From the IMG/VR virus record IMGVR_UViG_3300020042_003070, positions 1 to 32,048 of that record: DNA of 32,048 nt, one strand, 5' to 3'. Positions 15,347-24,373 of the stretch are shown here, piece after piece. This DNA comes from a virus. Taxonomy: Duplodnaviria; Caudoviricetes. The notes beneath the pieces were generated by a model, which was not told the origin of the DNA, did no database searches, and saw only the letters and a list, made by a program, of their open reading frames with translations. The position numbers and the translations under genes were made by a program. Position 1 is the first letter of the stretch; every line of letters begins with the position of its first letter.

Positions 15347-15544
15347 CTATAGCCCCAAGATTTTTTTGACCAACTCGCCGGCAAAGCCTGGGCCAAACAG
15401 CACAGCGGCAATGACAACGTAAATCAAATATTCAATCCGCGTCATGCGCTTGTCGCCATCGGTAAATGACTTCTCAATGGCCGCATAGCGCTCGGCGCAG
15501 ACGGCTTCGTGTACTGCTATCTTGGTAGAAGTGTCTTCAGTCAT
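15347..15544 (-). CDS. Small lysis-module membrane protein (coiled coil + C-terminal TM)
   Basis: Start moved to ATG 15544; HEAVCAERY motif, C-terminal hydrophobic helix. Confidence 0.65.
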   Translation of the reverse strand: MTEDTSTKIAVHEAVCAERYAAIEKSFTDGDKRMTRIEYLIYVVIAAVLFGPGFAGELVKKILGL

Positions 15545-17369
15545 ATTGCGGTGCCATCCCACTCATTTCAACGCGCAAAGCGTTTTGGTTTTGTTGCGCG
15601 GGCGCAAGGGCGTTTTGCGTTTGCGTAATGATGTTCAGCTTAGTTGGGCTTAAATTAGCTTGGCCAAGCGCCCTAAGCACATCAAGACGTTGCGACGCAG
15701 GAACTTTTTTCAGCAGTGTTTGAAAATCTTGGGCAGACGCAAAACCTTTTTCAAGTTCTTTCAGTACGTTTGCGTTCATCTTGTTTTTTAAAATGTCTAG
15801 CACTTCGTTTGTCACGGTTACTTTGACATCTAAAAAGCTAGGCAAACGAAACTTGGATTGGTTTGCTTCCAAGATTATTTTCATGGCGTCTGCGCCAGCT
15901 TGAGTTTGACGCACAACTTCAGCGTTGCGTTTTAATTCTGACTCAATACCTTTGACCACGCCCATTTGTTGCGGTGACAGCACTTGACTTAGGTCGTCGT
16001 ACCTTGCCGCGCCAGTAGACTTTTTAAGCAACGCGGTTTCGCCGCGCCCTAATGCAGTCATAAATGGCCCTGCGCGTTCACCAACACCAAGAGGTTGTGT
16101 AAGAACTTCTTGCATTGCACCCAAGACTTTGGCTTGGTTAACTGGGGGTGATGCAGCGGCAAAAACTTGTTGGGCCTTTTCATACCCAGGCAACGCTTGC
16201 TCAATCGTGCTTTTAACGTTGGTCAGATTCTTGACAATAAACTTATTGTCTTTGTTGGAAATCAAATCTTTAAGGTTATCCAACACCGAAGATACTTGTT
16301 GCGCGTTTGTACTGGCTTCTAAACCAGTTTTTACTTGGTTCAGCGCAGACACTAACTTTGTGTTGCCTGGGTTTGTTGCAAGCAAGCTGTCAATCTGCTG
16401 AGTCAAAGGCAGCACGTTAATGGCCGTAGTGGGCTGAGTAGCTGCGGCGTACAGCGGGCCGCTTACGTTGCCGCGCATGGCTTCAGCAGATCGCAAATCA
16501 GGCGTAGCGCCTTGCAGCCGCGCCATACGGTCAGCTTCTTGTGCTGCTTCAATAGACAATTTGCGGCCTGGCGCAGTTTTAGCCTGAACAGTTTCGCCAA
16601 GATACTGAACTTGAGGCGATGTTACGTCCGCCAAAGCCTGACGCACTGTCATGCCTGGTTGCGCGTTGGCCAGCGCATTTTGCGCGGCAGCTAAGTTTTG
16701 TGGTGCTCTGCCTTCTTCAGTCAACGCATTACGCACAATATTGCCTGCACGTGCTGCTGCACGTTCACCCGCCATTGCGTCAATTACATTGCCTGCGCCT
16801 TTGGCACTCAACGCCAATCCGTAATTAGCAGCCGCAGTAACAGGTGCCAATGGGTTGGTGTACTTGGCAGCAACACCCATTACTTTTGATGCTGTGGGCG
16901 CTATGCGAGCCGTTGCCGCCGCGCCGCCGGTAAACAGTGTAGATAAGTCAGCAGCCGCGCCAACAGGGTCGGTTGCCAAAGTGTTTTTCAACGCATCAAC
17001 GCTACCATAACGGTCTTTAAACATGCCGCCAACAGCATTTGCCATGTCAACGGCGCGTTTGGATGCTTCAGGGTTGGTGTCAATTTGGTTGACCAAATCA
17101 ACCAAATCTTTAGGTAACAATTTTTGCAGTGCGCCTGCGCCAACATCTAATATGCCGGTCGCCGTTTGCACAGGGTTTGTAATTGCAGTTACCAAACCTT
17201 TGTAAAAATTTACCGCGCTTGTTCCAACGTTAGCTAACGCTTCGCCAGGCACGTCTGAGAACGACCGGCGTTGTGCAGGAATGCCGCTGTTACTTGGTGT
17301 TGGCTTTGCAGTACTAAGATCAAATCCACCAGATGCAACTGGTGCGGCGGTGTTAAGATCAAAACCCAT
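15537..17369 (-). CDS. Ejection/DNA-transfer protein (P22 gp16 position)
   Basis: Ala/Gln-rich helical 610 aa; third of three genes after the tail genes. Confidence 0.65.
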   Translation of the reverse strand: MGFDLNTAAPVASGGFDLSTAKPTPSNSGIPAQRRSFSDVPGEALANVGTSAVNFYKGLVTAITNPVQTATGILDVGAGALQKLLPKDLVDLVNQIDTNPEASKRAVDMANAVGGMFKDRYGSVDALKNTLATDPVGAAADLSTLFTGGAAATARIAPTASKVMGVAAKYTNPLAPVTAAANYGLALSAKGAGNVIDAMAGERAAARAGNIVRNALTEEGRAPQNLAAAQNALANAQPGMTVRQALADVTSPQVQYLGETVQAKTAPGRKLSIEAAQEADRMARLQGATPDLRSAEAMRGNVSGPLYAAATQPTTAINVLPLTQQIDSLLATNPGNTKLVSALNQVKTGLEASTNAQQVSSVLDNLKDLISNKDNKFIVKNLTNVKSTIEQALPGYEKAQQVFAAASPPVNQAKVLGAMQEVLTQPLGVGERAGPFMTALGRGETALLKKSTGAARYDDLSQVLSPQQMGVVKGIESELKRNAEVVRQTQAGADAMKIILEANQSKFRLPSFLDVKVTVTNEVLDILKNKMNANVLKELEKGFASAQDFQTLLKKVPASQRLDVLRALGQANLSPTKLNIITQTQNALAPAQQNQNALRVEMSGMAPQYD

Positions 17370-18883
17370 TATTTGACCTCTTTAAACGATTTACGATCTG
17401 GACTTACCCACGCTTTGTTGCCTGCGGCGTCACTTTCAAATGTCCAATTAGCGCCGACGCCTGCTGGACGCGCCGCACCTTTTGTAACTGATGACAATGG
17501 CGGAACTTTAATTGGCTCAAGAGAAAGACCTGTTCCTTCAGTCGCCGACTTAGGCAACTGTTTGACGCGTGTGTTCCAAGATTCTGCGCTACGAACAGCA
17601 GTTTGATGTTGAAGTCTGGCCAACTCGGTAAGCGTTTGCGGCGTAAGTTGGATTGTGCCGCCAGCAATGCCTCGCAAGAAATTAAGATCTTTATCTGTAA
17701 AACCTTGCCCAGTACCTAAGCCAGCGCTCTTAATTGCATCCAATGTACTTTGACCTGTAGCAGCAATAAGCGACTCGGTGTTGGCAATTTTCTCTTCGTT
17801 GCTTGCACCCGCTACGTTTAGCGCGCGAGCAATGTTTAACTTAATGTCTGCAACTGGCCCCGTAAATATGTTACCTTGTTGTACCAAGTCAATAATTCGA
17901 TTGGCGCTTTCAGCCAACCGAGGCGCTTGTTCAGCGGTAGCCATTTTGGCAATATCAGTATCGGCCATTTTGTTGGCAAATTGTTCGCTGTATTTTTTCT
18001 CTGTACTAACGGTGACACTTGTTTTAGGCGTTGAGATAGCCTTAAAGTCGGCAAACGAACCTCTGTAATTGCCACCTTCAGGTGTTTTTGCAAACTCAAA
18101 ATTTTTCCGCAAATCGGTTTGAGTTATTTCTTTAGGTGCGGTAAATATTGATTTACCGCCTCTAAACACCGTTGCACCAGGCGCAACAACTTGCATTTTG
18201 TTTAACTCATCCAATTGTTTTTCAAGTCTGTCAGCTTCCTTTTGCGCTTGTGGCACATTTGGATAGTTAGTTCGCAAATCAATAATACGGTTTTCTAACG
18301 CCCGTGTATCTACACCAAGCTGATTTACAGGAGCTGCAGGCGCAACTGGTGCTGGTGCCAATTTATTGACCATTGGCGCTGCCATAGGCTTAACTGGCGC
18401 AGCTAACGTGATGGGTTGTGCGCTAGGTTGATTAAACATAGGCACGTTTTGATCCATGCCATATGTGCCTGACCCCATGGTTCCAGCCGCAGGGCCAACA
18501 GGTGAAATCTTTGGCGGCTGTTTACTAGCTAAATAAGCACTACGTTCTCTGGCTGCTTGCTGTATAGTTTGAGCAGCCATTATCAATTGAGGGTCTTCTG
18601 TCGTCAATGAATACTCATAAAAACTATCTGCCTGTTGTTCAGGTGATCCTGTTTTTTTTCTTTTAGCAGTTTCTATCAAAAACTGATCTAAACCGGCTTG
18701 GCGACGCTTAAACCCAGCCAATTCTAATTGGGCTTTTTCTTGTTGCATTGCGCCAGTTTGCAATTGCTGTTGACTTGCAGCCATCTGCTGTTGCGCCAAC
18801 TGATTACGCTGCGCCTCTTGTCGGCCAGCCAAGATTTGGCCACCAATATTGACGGGCTGAAGTATTCCAAAATTAAGTGCCAT
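17369..18883 (-). CDS. Ejection/DNA-transfer protein (P22 gp20 position)
   Basis: Gln/Ala-rich with a Pro-rich linker; synteny. Confidence 0.65.
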   Translation of the reverse strand: MALNFGILQPVNIGGQILAGRQEAQRNQLAQQQMAASQQQLQTGAMQQEKAQLELAGFKRRQAGLDQFLIETAKRKKTGSPEQQADSFYEYSLTTEDPQLIMAAQTIQQAARERSAYLASKQPPKISPVGPAAGTMGSGTYGMDQNVPMFNQPSAQPITLAAPVKPMAAPMVNKLAPAPVAPAAPVNQLGVDTRALENRIIDLRTNYPNVPQAQKEADRLEKQLDELNKMQVVAPGATVFRGGKSIFTAPKEITQTDLRKNFEFAKTPEGGNYRGSFADFKAISTPKTSVTVSTEKKYSEQFANKMADTDIAKMATAEQAPRLAESANRIIDLVQQGNIFTGPVADIKLNIARALNVAGASNEEKIANTESLIAATGQSTLDAIKSAGLGTGQGFTDKDLNFLRGIAGGTIQLTPQTLTELARLQHQTAVRSAESWNTRVKQLPKSATEGTGLSLEPIKVPPLSSVTKGAARPAGVGANWTFESDAAGNKAWVSPDRKSFKEVK

Positions 18884-18886
18884 GAT

Positions 18887-19684
18887 TTAAGTCCCAAATG
18901 TGCCAGTGGCGGGGTTGTATCGGCCTGATCTGCCTGGCGAAGCTAAATAGTCTCCGCCGCCGCCAAAAGTTTGACCGTACAGTTTGGCAATGTCACCATA
19001 CGAGGACGCCCGTGCTTGAGAACCTGCCAACAACGCATTGCCTTGGTTAACACCTTGTTGGTTATAAATGTTGCCTACATTGCTTGCCATAGTTCCAGCA
19101 ATATTTCCAGCGCCAGTTGCATAGTTTTGGCCAGCAGTGCCAATTGTGTTGGCGGCAGTTTGGCCTACACCTGACATAGCTGCTAAACGGTTGTAACCTG
19201 TAGACTCACGATTTACATCGGCGTTGTATCTTGTCAATGCTCGGTTGTAAGCATTTCCATATTCTTGGCTACCCATTTCTTGGCCGTAGCGTTGCGCGGC
19301 CTTCAGCGCCCCGCCAGAGATTAGGCCGCCGCGAGCTGCGGCAGATCGCTCAAGCGCTTGCTGACCTTCTTTTAGCCGAAATGCATAACCTGGGTCTTGA
19401 GTTAAATCAACTTGGCCTGTAAATGCGGCAGGCATATTTGCGTATTGCGCTTGCATTTGAGCTAATGCATTAGTGCCTGCTTGATAATATGGTTGTTGAC
19501 GAGCTATGCCCTCTTCATACATCCGCTGCTGAAGAGCCAATTGCTCTTTAGCCGTTTCGCGTTGAAGTTCTGCGGCACGATCAGAAGCAGCGCCAGCAGT
19601 GCTTGCGGCATCTTGAGCTGCGCTTGACTGTTGATCGCTAGTAAAAAGACTAATAGCAGCGGGTACGATAAATGACCAAGGCAT
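18887..19684 (-). CDS. DNA-transfer protein (P22 gp7-like)
   Basis: QQPYYQAG, DPGYAFRLKEG, SAAARGGLISG; Gly/Ala/Gln-rich. Confidence 0.8.
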   Translation of the reverse strand: MPWSFIVPAAISLFTSDQQSSAAQDAASTAGAASDRAAELQRETAKEQLALQQRMYEEGIARQQPYYQAGTNALAQMQAQYANMPAAFTGQVDLTQDPGYAFRLKEGQQALERSAAARGGLISGGALKAAQRYGQEMGSQEYGNAYNRALTRYNADVNRESTGYNRLAAMSGVGQTAANTIGTAGQNYATGAGNIAGTMASNVGNIYNQQGVNQGNALLAGSQARASSYGDIAKLYGQTFGGGGDYLASPGRSGRYNPATGTFGT

Positions 19685-19687
19685 AAT

Positions 19688-20026
19688 TTACTCCTGAAGG
19701 CTTAACGCCAATTTTTGCATTTCTTTGACATTGCTCGGCACAATCAACATTTCGTCAATATCATCTTCATCCGTGCAGTCAGTGGCGTGTACGCAATACC
19801 AAACCACGTCTGTAAGCGATTTTACGCCGTGATGCTTGCCTGCGGCAATCGTCAAACAAGCAGGGGCTTCAACGACCGATTTAATATTATCAACAATCAA
19901 CTCAACAGACCCACTAGCCAAAATAGACAAATGGTCATGCTTGTGGGCGTGTTGCACCAAAACATATCCTGCTGGGATGCGGGTTTCTTTAGCATACACA
20001 CCTGAACTGAAATGGTGGTGAATCAT
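19688..20026 (-). CDS. Cupin-fold protein
   Basis: HHFSSGVYAKE...QHAHKHDHLSILASG...IAAGKHHGV. Confidence 0.75.
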   Translation of the reverse strand: MIHHHFSSGVYAKETRIPAGYVLVQHAHKHDHLSILASGSVELIVDNIKSVVEAPACLTIAAGKHHGVKSLTDVVWYCVHATDCTDEDDIDEMLIVPSNVKEMQKLALSLQE

Positions 20027-20029
20027 CAG

Positions 20030-20965
20030 TTATTCCAAAAGAAGGTTGTTATTAGACGCAGCTTGCATGATTACCCAGTTTGTGCCATCAGACACCATTG
20101 TCGCCCAATTACCGATCACATTCAAGAGAATAGCTGTTCCGGCAACAGTGCTGTCAAGTGGCACTACATTACTAGACGCTGACACCAAAGTCTGCGCTTG
20201 CATATTCTTAAAAATTAACTGGCGGCCAATCCATGCAGACGCTGTTGGCAAAGTTACTGTACAGGTTGAGCCTGACTTGTTGTTGATTATCCAAGCCTCG
20301 CCATCAGCCACGGTAAAGTCAGCTGTTTTAGTGACCGGCGCTGATACTGTTGTAACTGCTGGGGTCGCCCATACGGGTACGCCTGCGCCTGCGCTAACCA
20401 GCACTTGGCCTGCTGTGCCAACAGCAGTAAACGCATAGGCCGTTCCCGTGCCGTAAGCTACGGCGCCAGCAGTTGGTGTAGCCGTGGCATTTGTACCGCC
20501 ATTAGCAATTGCTAATCTGCCTGCAAGGGTCACAGCGCCTGTGGTGGCTGTAGCTGGTGTGAGGCCAGTCGTGCCGGCTGAGAATGACAATACACCAGTG
20601 TTGGCTATGGTGACGTTGCCTGTTGCGCTAGACACTGAAATGCCCGTGCCAGCAATGTTTGATAACACACCAGTGTTGGCCACTGTGATTGTGCCTGTTC
20701 CATTGGTAACCGAAATGCCAGCGCCTGTGCCTAGCGTATTAAGGGTATATCCTGTACCGTTACCAATCAACAGTTGGCCGTTGGTAGGGATAGTAGATAG
20801 CCCTGTACCGCCGCTTGCAACAGGAATTACGCCAAGGCCATTACCAACAATGTTGTACAGACTGTAAAACCACCGATACCACTCCCGTGACACCGCACCA
20901 GTGCGTTCGTCAATGATCGGCACCCGTGGGGGCGTGATCTGGGTGGCGTTTGGACTGGTGGCCAT
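20030..20965 (-). CDS. Tail needle/fibre-like protein (P22 gp26 position)
   Basis: N-terminal PRVP...SREWYRWF, G/T-rich repeats, C-terminal SDGTNW domain; follows the gp10-like gene. Confidence 0.65.
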   Translation of the reverse strand: MATSPNATQITPPRVPIIDERTGAVSREWYRWFYSLYNIVGNGLGVIPVASGGTGLSTIPTNGQLLIGNGTGYTLNTLGTGAGISVTNGTGTITVANTGVLSNIAGTGISVSSATGNVTIANTGVLSFSAGTTGLTPATATTGAVTLAGRLAIANGGTNATATPTAGAVAYGTGTAYAFTAVGTAGQVLVSAGAGVPVWATPAVTTVSAPVTKTADFTVADGEAWIINNKSGSTCTVTLPTASAWIGRQLIFKNMQAQTLVSASSNVVPLDSTVAGTAILLNVIGNWATMVSDGTNWVIMQAASNNNLLLE

Positions 20966-20967
20966 GA

Positions 20968-22410
20968 TTAAGAATTGGTCGGGCTTAAGATCAATTCTGC
21001 ACCCATGATGGCTATTTTGTTGGGGTCAGTGCCTGATAGTTCGTATACACGGTCGCGCAGCTTGAGCGTCATGCCAAGCCTACGCCAAAAGGTTCGGTGG
21101 CCATACGCGCCAATCTTGCCAACTGGTGACCAATGCTCATTGCTCCATGTGTGACCACCATCATCTGACCAACGCAACATTACTTCGGGGTTTGAGCCTT
21201 GGCCAGTGTTTAAGCCAACGCCTGTCTCACAGTCCAATTGCAAGCTGTGGTGCGCTGTACGCTTGAGGTTGTTTTGGCCAGTAGGCAGCGCTCGCCAGCT
21301 CCGCAACCACTTTTGGATGCCACCGTTGTCGGCGTAAATATCTAGGTCAAACGTGTAAATGTTGCCGTTTTCAAAGTCGCCAACGATGATGTTGCCACCA
21401 AAGTTGCATTGGCAATTGCTGCGATGGCGTGTAAAGTCACCGTTTACAAAGCCTGCTCGTTCATGCCATGCTTGCGTAGACACGTCGTATACCCATGTAG
21501 CGTTGCCGCTTGGGAATGTCAGCACATAGAAAGCATGGCCTTCTTGTTGGTACGTATAAGCAATTGCGTCCGAGATGTTGCCGTACTGAGCGATGGCATA
21601 TTCGATGGCGTGGGTAGAAATACGAGTACCCGTATAGCCATTTGCTCTGTAAACGATGCCTTGTCCACGGGCATCAGTCCCTAACCAAAACAGACCGTTG
21701 TCCATCTTGGCTATGGTGTAAGCAGACACGCAACCAATTTCGTTAAAAGCACCTTGTATGCGGGTCAATGGAAAGTCGGCAGCACCAGAGTCGTACCAAA
21801 CTTCTACTGAATCTGTACCAAACACCCACAATTCGCGGTGGTCGGCAATGATGCCAACTACGCCATCGGGTGAGCCTTCAGCGCTTGCAAAGTCCAACGG
21901 GTCTACTGATGTGCCATCCAACAATTGCGACACCCAAAGAAATTGGCTGTTTGGTTGGTTAAAAACAAAGTAGCCGTCAAGATACGCCACTGTTACCGCG
22001 CCGGCAAAGTCAGGGTCGGTAATCTTGGCAAATACGTTGGTGACTTCGTTGTAAATGAAACCGTCGGGATTGCAAGCCAAAAAGATTTGTGTACCGTTGT
22101 CGGCAATAGACACAGGGCCTGTGCCAGTCACGGTGCCCAACAGCGTAGGGGTGGCGTTCAAACCAGTCAGCTTAAAGAACTGATTGCCCGACACGACATA
22201 AAAGTCACTGCCATTAGTCTGATGCGCCCACAACGCTCGTATGGGGCCAGTGCCTATGGTTTGCAAAAAGTTAAGTCCAGGGGCGCGGTTAAGGAAGCCA
22301 GGTTCCTTGCCGCCTTCTGGAATCACTTCGGGGAATAGATTGACCATGCGGTTGTCCGCAGCGTTGATACTGCGGGCAACGTAAGCCGACCCAAGAATCG
22401 GCGTCTTCAT
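20968..22410 (-). CDS. Tail hub / DNA stabilization protein (P22 gp10-like)
   Basis: DFASAEGSPD, TWVYD...WHER, LRWSDDGGHTWS and WRRLG motifs. Confidence 0.9.
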   Translation of the reverse strand: MKTPILGSAYVARSINAADNRMVNLFPEVIPEGGKEPGFLNRAPGLNFLQTIGTGPIRALWAHQTNGSDFYVVSGNQFFKLTGLNATPTLLGTVTGTGPVSIADNGTQIFLACNPDGFIYNEVTNVFAKITDPDFAGAVTVAYLDGYFVFNQPNSQFLWVSQLLDGTSVDPLDFASAEGSPDGVVGIIADHRELWVFGTDSVEVWYDSGAADFPLTRIQGAFNEIGCVSAYTIAKMDNGLFWLGTDARGQGIVYRANGYTGTRISTHAIEYAIAQYGNISDAIAYTYQQEGHAFYVLTFPSGNATWVYDVSTQAWHERAGFVNGDFTRHRSNCQCNFGGNIIVGDFENGNIYTFDLDIYADNGGIQKWLRSWRALPTGQNNLKRTAHHSLQLDCETGVGLNTGQGSNPEVMLRWSDDGGHTWSNEHWSPVGKIGAYGHRTFWRRLGMTLKLRDRVYELSGTDPNKIAIMGAELILSPTNS

Positions 22411-23126
22411 TAGTAGTTTCCAGCAAAAATATTAAAGCGCTGGCGTGAAGACACGATAGCGTAAGGCATGGACATGATGTCGTCAGGATTGTTGATGCGC
22501 TTGAGATTACGCTTGGAAGTCATCGCAATACGCTGGACTTGAGGGCTTGGCTCCACGCCAAACTCAGGCGCAATCTCGCAAGCCAAGTTGTAGGTAAAAG
22601 CTCGCAAGTAACCTGGCGGGAACAAAATGTTTGTTGCCAAATTAGCAGGCTGGGTCAGCTCTTCAACTGAAATAAAATGCCATTCCAAATCCCGTGTGGG
22701 TCTAGGGTAGATATACATTTCAACATCAGGGTATGTCATATTGACAAAAATAACCTGTGGGTATGTTGACGTTACCGTCTTAACAGCAATGCCGTTATAT
22801 TGCTGCTGGTTAATAAATTTAATGCCATAAGACACGTTAGTACCTGGGTCGCGATAGTAGGTAGCGTCGTCCAACAACACAGGACGCAGACCTACAAAGT
22901 TACCTGTGGGGCCAAGAGTGCGGCTAATGAACCCAGCAGGCCAAATAAATGTCTGGTCTTGGGTACTGAAAACAGACAAGCGCTCAGTATTCCATGAGTC
23001 AATCATCTGGTTTAGTGCCATCAATGAGTCTTGAGACACAGACGCGGAAGTTGTCTCGCCTTCAGCCAATACGCCGAGCAATCGCAATGCTCTGTTGATT
23101 TGATCGCCAGCAGTGTATATGGCCAT
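22410..23126 (-). CDS. Head-tail adaptor (P22 gp4-like position)
   Basis: INRALRLLGV...LNQMIDSW and YNLACEIAPEFG; directly upstream of the gp10-like gene. Confidence 0.75.
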   Translation of the reverse strand: MAIYTAGDQINRALRLLGVLAEGETTSASVSQDSLMALNQMIDSWNTERLSVFSTQDQTFIWPAGFISRTLGPTGNFVGLRPVLLDDATYYRDPGTNVSYGIKFINQQQYNGIAVKTVTSTYPQVIFVNMTYPDVEMYIYPRPTRDLEWHFISVEELTQPANLATNILFPPGYLRAFTYNLACEIAPEFGVEPSPQVQRIAMTSKRNLKRINNPDDIMSMPYAIVSSRQRFNIFAGNY

Positions 23127-23128
23127 GT

Positions 23129-23329
23129 TTACGCTCCTTGTTCTGCCGCCTCTAAACTGGGTCGGCCACGACGACGTTTAACTTCCAATTCGTTTGCGAC
23201 AGGAGCCGCCTCTTCAACAATAGGCGTGTCCAAAGTATATCGCACCCAACCATTTTGTTCATCATATTCAGCTTCTAATTCCATAGTGGCAACTTTTCGG
23301 CCGTGAATTTCATGTTTAAGATAAATCAT
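23129..23329 (-). CDS. Hypothetical protein with KRRRGRP basic motif
   Basis: Small ORF in the head operon. Confidence 0.7.
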   Translation of the reverse strand: MIYLKHEIHGRKVATMELEAEYDEQNGWVRYTLDTPIVEEAAPVANELEVKRRRGRPSLEAAEQGA

Positions 23330-23332
23330 ATG

Positions 23333-23355
23333 AAAAAGGGGGTGATTAGCCCCCT
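23333..23355 (-). terminator. Intrinsic terminator
   Basis: Minus strand AGGGGG-ctaatca-CCCCCT-TTTT. Confidence 0.75.
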
Positions 23356-23361
23356 AGTTAA

Positions 23362-23880
23362 TTAAGCAACCGTAAAATTCAAACGATAAGTTGGAAATGT
23401 TACCGTGTTGGCAAGTGTTCCAGTAGCAGCCGCCCGAATACGCAAACGATCTCCAGAAGCCACAACTAAGTTAGCCGCTGTGCCGTTAAGGGTCAAAGAC
23501 CTTGCAGTATTAGCAGCCAATGCAGTTCCACCTGTTGCTTTAGTGGTGTTTGCATCTGTAGCAGCCAATAAAGCAGCGGAGCCAGCGCCAGCTTGGCCAA
23601 GGTTGGTAATTGAAAACGTGATGTAGTTAGTGTCGTTTGCTGTAAGAGCATCTACACCCGAAAAAATTGCGGATGTAATTGTTCCAGCAGTTTGAGCAAT
23701 AACGTAAGCATCGCTGTTTCCAGTGGTTGCAATGGTTGCGCCCTGAATAGACGTAGAAAAACCATTTGCAATATTAGACGCAACTTTTGATGTCGAATCA
23801 ATGATTGCGCCAGTAATAGTAGTACCAGCAGTCAATTCGGGATCGCTAAAAGCAACGCCGACAGGTTTTGTATTTGGCAT
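23362..23880 (-). CDS. Putative capsid decoration/minor virion protein
   Basis: Thr/Ala-rich beta protein with AAGGA RBS, downstream of the coat gene. Confidence 0.6.
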   Translation of the reverse strand: MPNTKPVGVAFSDPELTAGTTITGAIIDSTSKVASNIANGFSTSIQGATIATTGNSDAYVIAQTAGTITSAIFSGVDALTANDTNYITFSITNLGQAGAGSAALLAATDANTTKATGGTALAANTARSLTLNGTAANLVVASGDRLRIRAAATGTLANTVTFPTYRLNFTVA

Positions 23881-23894
23881 GATTGTTCCTTTTT

Positions 23895-23917
23895 AAAAAA
23901 CGGGGGCCGAAGCCCCC
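23895..23917 (-). terminator. Intrinsic terminator
   Basis: Minus strand GGGGGC-TTCG-GCCCCC-G-TTTTTT. Confidence 0.85.
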
Positions 23918-23925
23918 ATTTAAGT

Positions 23926-24324
23926 TTAGCTAATGCGGTACACAGTCCAAGTGCCATCACCAGTTTTACGAGCACGGAAGTGACCCGAAGTGGCGTTGTC
24001 AACTTGCATAGTGCCTACAGCCGTCCAACCAGTGCCAACAGCCACTGTTACATCGTCAGTGCCGCCGTCAATGTTGACAACGAAAAAGTCAAATGCGGCA
24101 TTTACTTTAGAAGCACTAGAAATATCTGCTTCAAGCAAAGCTACGGTTGGCAAAGTTAAATTGCCTGCCGCGCCGTCAAATACAAACAAACCATTTGCCA
24201 GTTGAGCAGCCGTCATTGTTGCGGCAGCAGCTACGGCTGTTGGAGCGCCTTGAACAAACAGTTGTGCTTCACCGATGTTACCGTCGCCGATTTGATAACC
24301 ACCTGCACCATTAGGGAGAGCCAT
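23926..24324 (-). CDS. Putative capsid decoration/cement protein (132 aa)
   Basis: Likely start ATG 24324 (AAGGA RBS), MALPNGAGGYQIGDGN...; immediately after the coat gene. Confidence 0.65.
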   Translation of the reverse strand: MALPNGAGGYQIGDGNIGEAQLFVQGAPTAVAAAATMTAAQLANGLFVFDGAAGNLTLPTVALLEADISSASKVNAAFDFFVVNIDGGTDDVTVAVGTGWTAVGTMQVDNATSGHFRARKTGDGTWTVYRIS

Positions 24325-24346
24325 GATAATTTCCTTTAAAAATGTT

Positions 24347-24367
24347 AAAAAACGGGGCCGAAGCCCC
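24347..24367 (-). terminator. Intrinsic terminator after the coat gene
   Basis: Minus strand GGGGC-TTCG-GCCCC-G-TTTTTT. Confidence 0.85.
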
Positions 24368-24373
24368 ATTTGG

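Noticed and set aside
23881-23928. Stop-codon read-through fusing the two decoration-like genes (same frame, 45 nt apart)
   Set aside because: A second in-frame stop follows at once (TAA ACT TAA).
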